NCBI GenBank assembly: GCA_046293845.1
Contig: JBKBIX010000003.1
Coordinates: 1 to 39,001 of the forward strand
Direction of reading: 5' to 3'
Length of the DNA: 39,001 nucleotides
Source: Candidatus Bipolaricaulia bacterium
Lineage (GTDB): Bacteria; Bipolaricaulota; Bipolaricaulia; RBG-16-55-9; DRXL01
Shown: positions 18,567 through 28,050 of the stretch, one piece after another
How positions within the stretch are numbered: position 1 is the first letter of the stretch
Layout: every line of letters starts with the position of its first letter
The notes under the pieces: generated by a model
The model's database searches: none
What the model saw: only the letters and a program-made list of their open reading frames with translations
What the model was told of the DNA's origin: nothing
Translations under genes and position numbers: made by a program

Positions 18567-21500
18567 TCACTTGCACTGGATCTGCGGCCCCGTGCCCACA
18601 ATGTTGGGATTGTTCCCCGAGACTGTAGTGCCGATGCACGTCAGCACTGAAGCTGGATCCGCGATGATCCCTGCAGCTTTGTTGTTCTGCACCCGACTGT
18701 TCACTAAGACTGCCGTCGAGAGACTGAGCGCAAGCCCGTCTTTAGAATTCTCCGAGATCGTGCCGTTGAAGACACTGACCGCCGAGCGATTGCTCGCATC
18801 AATGCCGCGCGCACCGTTTTGTGTGACTTGCGCATCGCGCATGCTGAGCGTTGAGAGAACGAGCTGCACGCCTTCAGCAACGTTGTTTGTGACATTTGCT
18901 CCAACAATGGCGACTGTCGCACGCTCCTGAGCGCCGATCCCACGTGCTTTGTTCCCCTGTATCAAACCGCCACGCACCACCAGCGAGCCCTGCACTAAGC
19001 TAATACCATCGTTACCGTTGTTGATAACTCTCGTGTCCACAAGCGCTAAAGTCGTCCGATCAGCAGCGTCAACGCCCTTCAGTTTATTGTTGGAAATCTC
19101 GCTGGCGACAACGTCGCCTGAAGAGTTGCGTAGCTTCATACCGTTCGCACCACTCTTGGTGACAACAGAGCCAAAGAGCGCCGCCGTCGACGCCTGGGCA
19201 TTAATCCCCTCGCCACCGTTGTCGCTCAGTCGACACTCGCTCAGGCTGCTTGAGCTTGCATCGAGGCGAATGCCGTCGCTGGGATGGTTTAGAATAGTCG
19301 TCTTGGTCGCAGTGAGCACCGAATCTTTGAGATCAGCGCCACGGATGCCGTTAGAGCTTACCTCGCTCTCGGTGAGGTCTGCTGCCGAGAGATTCAGCAA
19401 AAGCCCATTCTGACTGTTCTTTGTTATAGTTGTCGTCGAGATCGTCATCGACGAAGAGTCTCCGGAGATGCCATCGCCCTTGTTCTCGGAGACAAGGCTC
19501 TTATTGCGCAAGTCCATCGCGCTGTTCTTGAGCTCGATGCCGTCTTCGGGATGACCAGAGACCTGAGTGCTTGAGATATTCAGCCCAGACCTCTCAGCGT
19601 AGATGCCACGCTTGCCGTTGTTGAGGACTTTGCTGTCGCTGATGACTCCCGAAGAATTCTGGAGATTCATGCCGTCGTCGCCGTTGGTCGCGACAGTGCT
19701 GGCGCCCATCGTAAGAGTCGAGTTGACCGCTGCCAAGCCGCGCTTCTTGTTATCTAATATGCGGCTGTTGTGGATCTCCGCACTCGAATCGATCTGCGTG
19801 ATGCCGTCATCAGGATGATTCTGCACCAAGCTGCCCGTCATCGTGAGGGTTGATTTCTCATGCTCATAGATACCCTTAGCCCCGTTGTCAACGATCTGAC
19901 TATCGCTGATCGTCGCCGAGGAGTTTTTCATCTCGATCCCGTGATGGCCGTTGCTCGCGACTTTCGTGCTCGCCATTGTGAGCTTGGAGTTCTCCATGCC
20001 AACGCCACGCTGCTTATTGTTTCTGATCTCGCTCTGCTTGACGTCCGCTGTGCTGTTTTGCATGAAAAGCCCGTCGTCGGGGTGATTCTGAACGAGACTG
20101 CCCGTCATGGTCACGGTAGACTGCTCGATCTCGTTGATCCCCTTAGCAGATTTGTCTATCGTCCCGTTGTCAGTGATACGGCTATTCGTGATCACAGCCG
20201 TCGACGATGCTTTCATGTCGATCCCGTGACTGCCATTGTTGAGCACACGGCTGCCCGTCAGGGTCAGAGAACTATTTTCGAGCGCGATGCCACGCTTGGT
20301 GTTGGTCTTGATCTCGCTTTGGGAGACCGTCGCTATGCTGTTTTGCACAAACACGCCGTCGTCGGGATGCCCAGAGACCACAGAAGCGTCCGTCAGCGCA
20401 AGCGTAGACTTTTCTAGCTCGTTGATGCCCTTGGCACCGTTATCACTGATCTGACTGGACGCGATCTCAGCCGTCGAGGCAGCGCGCAACTCGACCCCAT
20501 GACTCTTATTGTTGAGCACCTTGCTATTCGCCATAGTGAGCTTGGCGCTTTCTAAGCCGACGCCGCGTTTCGTGTTATTCTTGATCTCACTCTGGCGCAC
20601 CTCAGCAGAGCTGTTCTGCACAAACAGCCCGTCGTCGGGATGCCCAGAGACTACAGAGTTATTGGTCAGTTTCAAGGTCGATCTCTCGATAGCATTGACG
20701 CCTTTGGCCCCATTGTCGCTGATGACAGTCGTCGAAAGATCAGCTTGCGATTGGGTCATGGTGAGGCCGTAGCCGGTATGCTTCGCTAGTGTGCTTTGCG
20801 TCATGGTGAGCGTTGACGCTTGGAGCGCGACGCCATCGCCTTGATTGTCGCGAATCTCGGTGCGCGTCACAGTCACTGTTGCGCCCTTGGAGAAGAGCAT
20901 CCCGCCCTTGGGGTGGCCGGTGACCAAGCTCGTTTCGATCTGGAGCGTTCCGCCCTCGGCACTGATGCCCACGCCCTTGTTATTAGTGATCTGGGTCTCC
21001 TTGATCTCCCCCCGCGCTTGATTGACGAAGAAAATCCCAGCACCGTTGTTATTGGCGACGACCGACTTCTCTACTGTGAGCTGCCCCCGGTCTATGCCGA
21101 TCCCGTTTGCACCGTTATCTGTGACTGTGAGATTTTCGACTCGGACAGAGCCGCTGAAGATAAGAATCCCGTCAGCGCTGTTTTTGGTGATGACAAGATC
21201 TTTTAGCAGAATATCCGTTCCCCCATTGATCTCGATGCCGCGCGCCCCGCCGATGAGCGTGATCCCCTTGTGCACCGTCCACTTGCGCGCATTGCGGAAT
21301 GACAAAACGTTCTGGGTGCTTTGCTCCGCTTTGATCGTCACGGTGCCTGGCTGCTCTGGCTCCATCGTCACGCGGTCTTTGTTCTGCACGACGACATTCT
21401 CCTCATAGACGCCAGGCAAGATGATAATCAGATCGCCCTCATTGGAGAGCGAAACAGCTTGTTGAATGGACGAGCAAAACGTGGGAACGATCTTGGGATT

Positions 21501-21584
21501 GGCCGTGCGGCACGTCTCCTGCTGCGCGATCACGGTCAAAGAGAGGACAGCCAGGCCGAGCACCGTTAGAAACACTTTCTTCAT
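18567..21584 (-). CDS. Secreted right-handed parallel beta-helix repeat protein (1005 aa)
   Basis: Signal peptide; SIQQAV...GD.I.I.PG.Y.E cap; roughly 40 repeats of 22-24 aa (N...GI); SD AAGGAGG. Confidence 0.9.
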   Translation of the reverse strand: MKKVFLTVLGLAVLSLTVIAQQETCRTANPKIVPTFCSSIQQAVSLSNEGDLIIILPGVYEENVVVQNKDRVTMEPEQPGTVTIKAEQSTQNVLSFRNARKWTVHKGITLIGGARGIEINGGTDILLKDLVITKNSADGILIFSGSVRVENLTVTDNGANGIGIDRGQLTVEKSVVANNNGAGIFFVNQARGEIKETQITNNKGVGISAEGGTLQIETSLVTGHPKGGMLFSKGATVTVTRTEIRDNQGDGVALQASTLTMTQSTLAKHTGYGLTMTQSQADLSTTVISDNGAKGVNAIERSTLKLTNNSVVSGHPDDGLFVQNSSAEVRQSEIKNNTKRGVGLESAKLTMANSKVLNNKSHGVELRAASTAEIASSQISDNGAKGINELEKSTLALTDASVVSGHPDDGVFVQNSIATVSQSEIKTNTKRGIALENSSLTLTGSRVLNNGSHGIDMKASSTAVITNSRITDNGTIDKSAKGINEIEQSTVTMTGSLVQNHPDDGLFMQNSTADVKQSEIRNNKQRGVGMENSKLTMASTKVASNGHHGIEMKNSSATISDSQIVDNGAKGIYEHEKSTLTMTGSLVQNHPDDGITQIDSSAEIHNSRILDNKKRGLAAVNSTLTMGASTVATNGDDGMNLQNSSGVISDSKVLNNGKRGIYAERSGLNISSTQVSGHPEDGIELKNSAMDLRNKSLVSENKGDGISGDSSSMTISTTTITKNSQNGLLLNLSAADLTESEVSSNGIRGADLKDSVLTATKTTILNHPSDGIRLDASSSSLSECRLSDNGGEGINAQASTAALFGSVVTKSGANGMKLRNSSGDVVASEISNNKLKGVDAADRTTLALVDTRVINNGNDGISLVQGSLVVRGGLIQGNKARGIGAQERATVAIVGANVTNNVAEGVQLVLSTLSMRDAQVTQNGARGIDASNRSAVSVFNGTISENSKDGLALSLSTAVLVNSRVQNNKAAGIIADPASVLTCIGTTVSGNNPNIVGTGPQIQCK

Positions 21585-21685
21585 GATCTCCTCCTTGGCT
21601 CTTTTCTTCGACCAACTATAATACTTTTGGGATTACGACGCCGTCAAGTTGCAGAGCCTTCTCGTACTCAAGTATGCTTAAAGCT

Positions 21686-22393
21686 ATGACCGCGCGCGAG
21701 AGAATCCTGCAGATCGCTCAACGCCTCGAGAAGCACTTTGGCAAGCTCCACTGGCAAAGCCACGGCGACCCGCTCGACGTCTTAATTCTGACGATTCTCT
21801 CGCAAAACACCAACGACCAAAACCGAGATCGCGCGTATGAGTCGCTGAAGAGAAGATTCCCGACATACGAGAGCATCGTGCGCGCGCCCACTGAAAAAGT
21901 CGCCGAGGCGATCAAGGTCGGCGGGCTGCACCAGCAGAAAGCCCAGCGCATCCAAGAGCTCTTAAAGCGCATCAAAAAAGAGCGCGGCGCTTATGATCTC
22001 AGCTATCTCAAAGACCTGAGCACCGAAGAAGCTGTGAAAGAACTTTTAAAGTTTGAAGGCGTGGGGAAGAAGACCGCTGGGGTCGTGCTCACGTTCAGCC
22101 TCAATAAACCATACTTCCCCGTAGACACCCACATTCACCGAATTACTCAACGCTTGGGACTTGTCAAGAAGAACCAAGACCCGCACGACGTGATGAACAG
22201 ACTCGTCCCTGACGGATTGAAATATCAGTTGCACCTACATTTAATATGGCACGGGCGGCAGACATGTAAGGCGCGAAAGCCTTTGTGCGATCAATGCGTC
22301 ATCGCTGATCTGTGCCCGTATGCGAAGGCCCTCACCCCTGGCCCCTCTCCCGTAGGTGAGCTACGGGAGAGGGGTACCCGGAGGGCGGGGTGA
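21686..22393 (+). CDS. nth: Endonuclease III (HhH-GPD, 4Fe-4S)
   Basis: ILSQNT.D, GVG.KTA, FPVDTH, CKARKPLCDQCVIADLC; start 21686 or 21674. Confidence 0.88.
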   Translation: MTARERILQIAQRLEKHFGKLHWQSHGDPLDVLILTILSQNTNDQNRDRAYESLKRRFPTYESIVRAPTEKVAEAIKVGGLHQQKAQRIQELLKRIKKERGAYDLSYLKDLSTEEAVKELLKFEGVGKKTAGVVLTFSLNKPYFPVDTHIHRITQRLGLVKKNQDPHDVMNRLVPDGLKYQLHLHLIWHGRQTCKARKPLCDQCVIADLCPYAKALTPGPSPVGELRERGTRRAG

Positions 22394-22398
22394 GGGCC
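22327..22398. repeat. BoxC/REP-like palindromic element, copy 3 (72 bp)
   Basis: Near-identical to 5423-5494. Confidence 0.85.
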
Positions 22399-23158
22399 GA
22401 TTCCTACCCCTCTGACGCAACAACTGCAGCACAGCCTGAAAATCCTCGGGCAGCGGCGCTTCAAAACGCACTCTCTGCTCCGTCGTCGGATGAAGAAACT
22501 CTATCGCTGCGGCGTGCAGGAGCATTCGTGTCACACCTAGCTCGCGACGAAGTTTTCCGTTCAACTCAGCGTCTCCGTAAAGATCGTCCCCGACGATGGG
22601 GCAGCCAATCCCCGCGAAGTGTGCCCGCACTTGATGAGTGCGCCCCGTGCGCGGGTAGGCCTCAATATACGAAAACTTCTCTCCCAGATACTCAAAAAGC
22701 TCGAGGCGCTTGTAGTCCGTCTGTGCATAGATGCCCCCGCGTCTGACAGGGACCATCAGCGCCAGCCAGCGCTTTCTATCCATCTGCTTCTGCAGATGCA
22801 GCCGAATCGAGCCGTGCGGGCGCACTTCTCCGACTACAAGCGCTAGATACTTCTTCTCAATCTTCTTGAGCTTGAGCTGGCGATTGAGCGATTGCACGGC
22901 TTTTCTGGTCTTGGCGAGCACGGCTACCCCTGAAGTCTCTTTGTCTAATCTATGGACGAACGCGGGCTGGAAGCCCGAGACAAACCCCGAAGATCGTAGA
23001 TATTCGAGGGCGTGTCCCAGCAGCGTCGGCTCGCCCGCGTGACGGCGATCCCCGTGCATGAGCACGCCCGCGGGCTTGTTCAGTATCAAGAGATCGGCGT
23101 CTTCGTAGAGAATCTGAAGACTCTTATCTGAGTTTGGCAACGTTCCAGGTCGCCACAC
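22361..23158 (-). CDS. RluA-family pseudouridine synthase
   Basis: NKPAG, HRLDKETSG, TGRTHQ.R.H, GD.LYG, LHA; start uncertain (23158 or 23140). Confidence 0.92.
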   Translation of the reverse strand: MWRPGTLPNSDKSLQILYEDADLLILNKPAGVLMHGDRRHAGEPTLLGHALEYLRSSGFVSGFQPAFVHRLDKETSGVAVLAKTRKAVQSLNRQLKLKKIEKKYLALVVGEVRPHGSIRLHLQKQMDRKRWLALMVPVRRGGIYAQTDYKRLELFEYLGEKFSYIEAYPRTGRTHQVRAHFAGIGCPIVGDDLYGDAELNGKLRRELGVTRMLLHAAAIEFLHPTTEQRVRFEAPLPEDFQAVLQLLRQRGRNRPSPRPPGTPLP

Positions 23159-24998
23159 CGTCCTCTCCGGCAGAAATCACGAACGTATCGTCGGGCGAGA
23201 AGGCTACGGAAGTGACCCTCCCTGTATATCCGAGAAGCGAGCCGATCAAGCTCCCGTCCTCGACGCGCCACAGCTTGATTGTGCGGTCGGAACTCCCTGA
23301 GACAAGACGCTTGCCGTCTGGGGAGATCCCTAACGCATGTACTGGCTCAGTATGCCACGTCAGCGTGCGGAGCAGCTCACCTGTAGCAATGTCCCAGAAG
23401 CGGATGCGCTCATTATAGTCGTCGGCTGTGATCAGAATCCGCCCGTCTGAGGAGAAGACAGCGCTGAATCCATAGTCTTCGAGAACGATAACGGCTTCGC
23501 CATCGGCGACCCGTCTTATAGCGATGCCGTCTTCGCTCCCCAAGGCGAGGAATTGCCCATCGGGAGAGAAGATCACTGGCCTGCTGGAATCTGATAATCT
23601 CCACACGTTCGTTGCATCGGCGACTCGCCAGAGCACGGCACTCCCCCTTCTATCGACAGCAGCAAGGAATTGCCCATCAGGTGAGAACGCGATATCCATG
23701 ACAAGCTCGCCATGCCCCTCGTCCCAAATACTGATGGGCTGCCCACTAAAGGGATCCCACAAGCGAATCTCGCCCTGCGGACAGCTCTCGTCTTCTGGGA
23801 GAAGCTCCACAGCACAGGAGCTGGAAGCCAAGGTCTTCCCATCTGGGGAGAATTCGAGATCAGTGACAATTGCCCGATGGCCCATCAATGTACGTACCAA
23901 CTCCCCATCGGCGAGATTCAAGATTTGGATTTCATCATTTTGCGCTACTGCTACTAGCGATCCTGCAGGCGATACAGCGATCTTATACGCTGGGCCTGCC
24001 AAGTCCTCCTCAATCTGTCCGATCTGAATGCCATCAGCAGTACGCCAAAATCGCACGACGCGATCCGCGCCAATAGAGATGAGCTGACGGTCATCTTCGG
24101 AGAAGAGCACAACGTTGACCGGCGCATCGTGGCGCGTCATGGTGCGCAGCACTCTTCCCCCACCTGGGTCCCACAATGCAATCGTCTTGTCTTCCGACGC
24201 CGAAGCCAAGAGCTTTCCATCGTGCGAGAACACCAAATAATTCACTAAACCTGCGTGTCCACGCAAGATCCGCAGCGTCTGGCCATCAGACACGCGCACA
24301 AGGGTGATCTCGCTCCTATTATAAGATAAAGCGAGAGACTGCCCATTAGGAGAGAACGCGAGGGCTCGGCTATAGCCTTGCAAACGCCGAAGCTCCTTCC
24401 AGTCAGATACTTGAACAAGGATCGTTGGGAATCCCCCAATGGCTAGCAACTTCCCATCAGACGAGAAGGCTAGGGAAGCAGTCGTGGCATCTTGTTTAAA
24501 TTGTCGCACCAAGCTCCAATCTTCAGTCTTCCACACGTTGACTTTGACATCATATCCCGCGGAGACCAACAAATTCCCCTCAGGGGAGAAGAGCAAGCCC
24601 TTGACTCTCCCTGTATGTGCGCTCCACTCCCGACTGACCGTACCGTCAGCGATGTTCCACATTCGGATTATGCCGAATTCGTCTCCCGAGGCCAGCTTTG
24701 TGCCATCGGGAGAGAACCCTACAGCCGTGACCACGCCCTCATGACCGCGTAAGACCCGTGTGAACGAGCCATCTACAGCATTGTAGAGGAAGATCTGACC
24801 AAATCCCCCTGGGGTCGCGATCAAATCACCCTTGGAAGAATACGCCAGACTCTGTCCACTAAGATATGTCCTGAGCCAAACTGCGTTCTCAAGCCATGCT
24901 CCCCCTTGGATGCTCTCCCGTGCGCTATAGCCAACCGCCCCAAGGCTTCCTAACACCCACACGATCAGCCCCAAGCCAAGCCACACGCGCCAGCGCAT
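23124..24998 (-). CDS. Exported WD40-repeat protein (probably two beta-propellers)
   Basis: Many GH...V..V.FSPDG..LAS...D..I.LW repeats; N-terminal signal/TM; SD AAGGAGG before the ATG at 24998. Confidence 0.9.
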   Translation of the reverse strand: MRWRVWLGLGLIVWVLGSLGAVGYSARESIQGGAWLENAVWLRTYLSGQSLAYSSKGDLIATPGGFGQIFLYNAVDGSFTRVLRGHEGVVTAVGFSPDGTKLASGDEFGIIRMWNIADGTVSREWSAHTGRVKGLLFSPEGNLLVSAGYDVKVNVWKTEDWSLVRQFKQDATTASLAFSSDGKLLAIGGFPTILVQVSDWKELRRLQGYSRALAFSPNGQSLALSYNRSEITLVRVSDGQTLRILRGHAGLVNYLVFSHDGKLLASASEDKTIALWDPGGGRVLRTMTRHDAPVNVVLFSEDDRQLISIGADRVVRFWRTADGIQIGQIEEDLAGPAYKIAVSPAGSLVAVAQNDEIQILNLADGELVRTLMGHRAIVTDLEFSPDGKTLASSSCAVELLPEDESCPQGEIRLWDPFSGQPISIWDEGHGELVMDIAFSPDGQFLAAVDRRGSAVLWRVADATNVWRLSDSSRPVIFSPDGQFLALGSEDGIAIRRVADGEAVIVLEDYGFSAVFSSDGRILITADDYNERIRFWDIATGELLRTLTWHTEPVHALGISPDGKRLVSGSSDRTIKLWRVEDGSLIGSLLGYTGRVTSVAFSPDDTFVISAGEDGVATWNVAKLR

Positions 24999-25121
24999 CG
25001 CTATCGCCTCCTTCAAGCTTACACTTGCTTTTGATTACCCAAGCTCTGCCCGCTATTATGATGCTAGTTTGATCTAAAAGTCAAGGGAAGAGGGGATAGG
25101 TCCCCAAGAAAGGAGCAGATC

Positions 25122-25916
25122 GTGAACTACCAGACAATTCGCTACGAGGTCGCCGACGGCATCGCAACGATCACCCTCAATCGCCTTGAGGTGCTGAACG
25201 CTGCAAATATCCACATGCTCAAAGAGCTTCACAATGCTATAGAAGCGGTGCACACCGATACGAGCGTGCGCGCTATCGTGCTCACGGGAGCTGAGCGCGC
25301 TTTCTGCGCCGGGGCTGATCTGACGGGCATGGGCGAGGGCTTTGATCTCACAAATCCCATAGATGTGCGGCGCTGGCTCGTCGAGTTCTTCAACCCGTTG
25401 ATCCTCAAAATCTTTGAGATGGAAAAGCCGTGGGTCGCCGCGGTCAACGGCGTCGCTGCCGGGGGAGGGTGTCAGCTCGCGCTTGCGTGCGATCTTGTCG
25501 TCATCGCTGAAGACGCGTATTTCTGTGAAATATTCGCGCAACGCGGGCTGGTCGTAGATCTGGGAGGGCTGTTCTTGCTCCCCAGACTTGTCGGGCTGCA
25601 TAAAGCCAAAGAGCTCGCGTTCTTCGCCGAGAAGATTTTCGGCCCACAAGCAGTCGCATTAGGGCTCGCCAACAAGTGCGTCTCCAAGAGTGAGCTGCTT
25701 CAAGTAGCGCGCGACTGGGCCAAGAGATTGGCTGAAGGCCCGACGGTCGCGCTGGGCTTAATGAAGCTGGGCATGAACCGCGGGCTGCAGATGACGCTTC
25801 GCGACGTGATGAACTACGAAGCGAGCGCCCAAGCGCTAGCCATCCAGACCCACGACGTGCAGGAGGGCTTGCGGGCATTTGTAGAGAAGCGCGCTCCGAA
25901 GTTTCAGGGCCGCTAG
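25122..25916 (+). CDS. Enoyl-CoA hydratase/isomerase family protein
   Basis: ITLNR, AFCAGADL, AAVNG.AAGGG..LALACD, EKR.P.F.GR. Confidence 0.92.
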   Translation: MNYQTIRYEVADGIATITLNRLEVLNAANIHMLKELHNAIEAVHTDTSVRAIVLTGAERAFCAGADLTGMGEGFDLTNPIDVRRWLVEFFNPLILKIFEMEKPWVAAVNGVAAGGGCQLALACDLVVIAEDAYFCEIFAQRGLVVDLGGLFLLPRLVGLHKAKELAFFAEKIFGPQAVALGLANKCVSKSELLQVARDWAKRLAEGPTVALGLMKLGMNRGLQMTLRDVMNYEASAQALAIQTHDVQEGLRAFVEKRAPKFQGR

Positions 25917-25967
25917 AGTAGCACCGCCAGACGATCTCTCGTGTCACTATCACAGCGAGGGATCGGG

Positions 25968-26630
25968 TTAAACTTTGGAGACTAGCGAGAGCACCGCAAG
26001 ATAATGACAGATGCTGCCGCCCAAGACAAACAGATGCCAGATCACGTGGCTGTAGGGAAGTTTTCGCCATGCATAGAAGAGCACACCAATAGTATAAAGC
26101 AGCCCGCCGAGGGCCAGCCAGAGCAGCCCTTCCGCGGGGACGCGCAGGAGCAGCTCGCGCCCAGCGATCACGCAAAGCCAGCCCATCAACAGATACCCCA
26201 GCACGACGAAGCGCCGAAACCGCTGGGCCGAAAAAATCTTAAAAATGATCCCCACGAGCGCCAAGCCCCAGATGACCCCCAGCAGCGTCCAGCCCCACGG
26301 ACCGCGCAGGCTCACCAGCAGAAAGGGCGTATATGTCCCAGCAATCAAGAGATAGATACACGCGTGATCGAGAATTTTAAAGATTCGCTTGAGCCGTAGA
26401 TCGCGTACGCTATGATAGAGCGTCGAAGCGAGATAGAGAATAACCAACGTAGCGCTGTAGATGCTGAAGCTCACGATACGCCAGGCGTCTCCGTACAAAG
26501 CAGCGAAGACGATCAGGGCGATGCCGCCGATCACGCTCAAGCCAGCACCGATGCCGTGGGTGATGCTGTTGGCGATCTCCTCGCCGACAACGTAAAACTC
26601 TTGAGAATCGTCAGAGGGAGTTTGACGCAT
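25968..26630 (-). CDS. Hemolysin-III/PAQR family membrane protein (TrhA-like)
   Basis: EEIANSITHG, STLYH, LDH..IYLLIAGTYTP, H.IWHLFV.GG. Confidence 0.92.
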   Translation of the reverse strand: MRQTPSDDSQEFYVVGEEIANSITHGIGAGLSVIGGIALIVFAALYGDAWRIVSFSIYSATLVILYLASTLYHSVRDLRLKRIFKILDHACIYLLIAGTYTPFLLVSLRGPWGWTLLGVIWGLALVGIIFKIFSAQRFRRFVVLGYLLMGWLCVIAGRELLLRVPAEGLLWLALGGLLYTIGVLFYAWRKLPYSHVIWHLFVLGGSICHYLAVLSLVSKV

Positions 26631-26656
26631 TGCCTGTCCTTTGTCTAAAGAGAGCA

Positions 26657-26689
26657 GAAGACCGTGAGGGAAAAGCCCTCACGGTCTTC
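26657..26689 (-). terminator. Perfect 14-bp hairpin downstream of the CxxC gene
   Basis: gaagaccgtgaggg-aaaag-ccctcacggtcttc; the U-tract is weak. Confidence 0.65.
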
Positions 26690-26704
26690 GTTGGAGTTCA
26701 CGCT

Positions 26705-26902
26705 TTACCGACCGCGGTAGCCGCCGCGATTGTACCCGCCGCTGCGGAATCCGCCGGAGCGCGCGCGCCCGCGATTGCACTCTTGGCAATAGACCGGGCG
26801 GCTCCCGTCGGGCTGGAACGGCAACTCGGTGACCGCTTTGCCGCACTGGGCGCATTTGAGATTCATGTTGCTGACGTCGTACATCTTGCGCTCGAAACCC
26901 AT
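26705..26902 (-). CDS. CxxC-x17-CxxC zinc-ribbon protein with RGG tail
   Basis: CAQCG....LPFQP...RPVYCQEC; SD-like AAGGGGTG; start revised to 26902. Confidence 0.85.
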   Translation of the reverse strand: MGFERKMYDVSNMNLKCAQCGKAVTELPFQPDGSRPVYCQECNRGRARSGGFRSGGYNRGGYRGR

Positions 26903-27036
26903 TTCTGTCACCCCCTTAGAGATTGATATGGAGGAAGGTTTCACCGTGACCTATCTGGATCGTAGGGACGACAGATGGGCTCGCGTTTGAAATCATCCTA
27001 GCTTCACTGTAGCAGATTTCGTTGAAGAAAGCAAGT

Positions 27037-27522
27037 TCAGCTTCGTAAAGCACTGCGCGCTTCTAACAGATAGCAGAGCGCCACGGCCAGCGCATCGGCG
27101 GCATCGTCGGGCTTGGGGATCTCTTTCAAGCGCAGGAGCTGCTTCATCATCTTTTGGATCTGGGGCTTCTTCGCACGACCGTAGCCGGCAATGCGTAGCT
27201 TGATCTGCAGCGGCGTGTAGCCCTTCGTCTCAGCTACATCATGGGCTGCGAGCAAAACGACCCCACGCGCCTGGGCGACGGCCATGGCCGTCGTGCGGTT
27301 CTGTGCAAAAAAAAGCTCTTCGATCGCTAACGCGTCGGGCCTGTATTCTCGCAGCAAGCGTCGCGTGTCCTCGTAGAGTGTGTGCAGTCGGTGCGGCAGG
27401 GGTGTATCTGCGGGGGTGCGGATCACGCCCGCTTCTAACACGCGAAAGCGACGATCCCCAGATTCTAAGACAGCGTACCCCGTCGTCGCCAGACCCGGGT
27501 CTATTCCCAGAACGCGCATCAC
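27037..27522 (-). CDS. ruvC: Holliday junction resolvase
   Basis: LGIDPG, AIEELFF, ARGV, PDDAADALA. Confidence 0.95.
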   Translation of the reverse strand: MMRVLGIDPGLATTGYAVLESGDRRFRVLEAGVIRTPADTPLPHRLHTLYEDTRRLLREYRPDALAIEELFFAQNRTTAMAVAQARGVVLLAAHDVAETKGYTPLQIKLRIAGYGRAKKPQIQKMMKQLLRLKEIPKPDDAADALAVALCYLLEARSALRS

Positions 27523-27523
27523 A

Positions 27524-28030
27524 TCATCTCAGAAGCTCTTTTAAGACTTTCAAGCGCGGGTCGCCCTCGCGGCGCACCACGCACCCGCAGTCGCGTATAT
27601 TCAAATCCTGTCCGCACACGGGACACAGCCCCTTACAGTCGGGCCGACACAACGGCTTGGGATCGAGCACCCCGCTGATCAGCCCAACGATATATGGCTG
27701 CAAGCTCAATTCCGTATCCTGCAGACTATATGTGAACACCTCCCGCTCCCAGAGACTCTCGCTCTCTTCAGGCTGAAATTCTAAATGCTCCTCCCAGTCG
27801 AGCGATGAGATCACATCCGACAAGCAGCGGCTGCACTGCTGCACCGCTGTCGCCTGAATGCGCAGGTCGAGCAAGACCGTGCGGTCGCGCTGCACTGCCC
27901 GCCCCTGCACAGAGACATTGCCCCGCAACACGAACGCTTGCTCCGGGGCTACAGGCAACGCCGCATAGACTTCAGCGACGGGCAGAACCCGCCCCGGCAC
28001 CTCGCGCAGCTTCTTTAAGTTTAACGCCAT
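27524..28030 (-). CDS. yceD: YceD/DUF177 family protein
   Basis: CSRCL, KPLCRPDCKGLCPVCG.DLN...C.C, DPRL..L; start 28030 or 28054. Confidence 0.88.
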   Translation of the reverse strand: MALNLKKLREVPGRVLPVAEVYAALPVAPEQAFVLRGNVSVQGRAVQRDRTVLLDLRIQATAVQQCSRCLSDVISSLDWEEHLEFQPEESESLWEREVFTYSLQDTELSLQPYIVGLISGVLDPKPLCRPDCKGLCPVCGQDLNIRDCGCVVRREGDPRLKVLKELLR

Positions 28031-28050
28031 GCTCTCATACCTCTCTGACT

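Noticed and set aside
19800-20700. Periodic DNA repeats that might be a CRISPR array or DGR template/variable repeats (also the PKD repeats at 35100-37520)
   Set aside because: They are in-frame protein repeats with no spacer structure, no adenine-specific variation that I could see, and no cas or RT gene.
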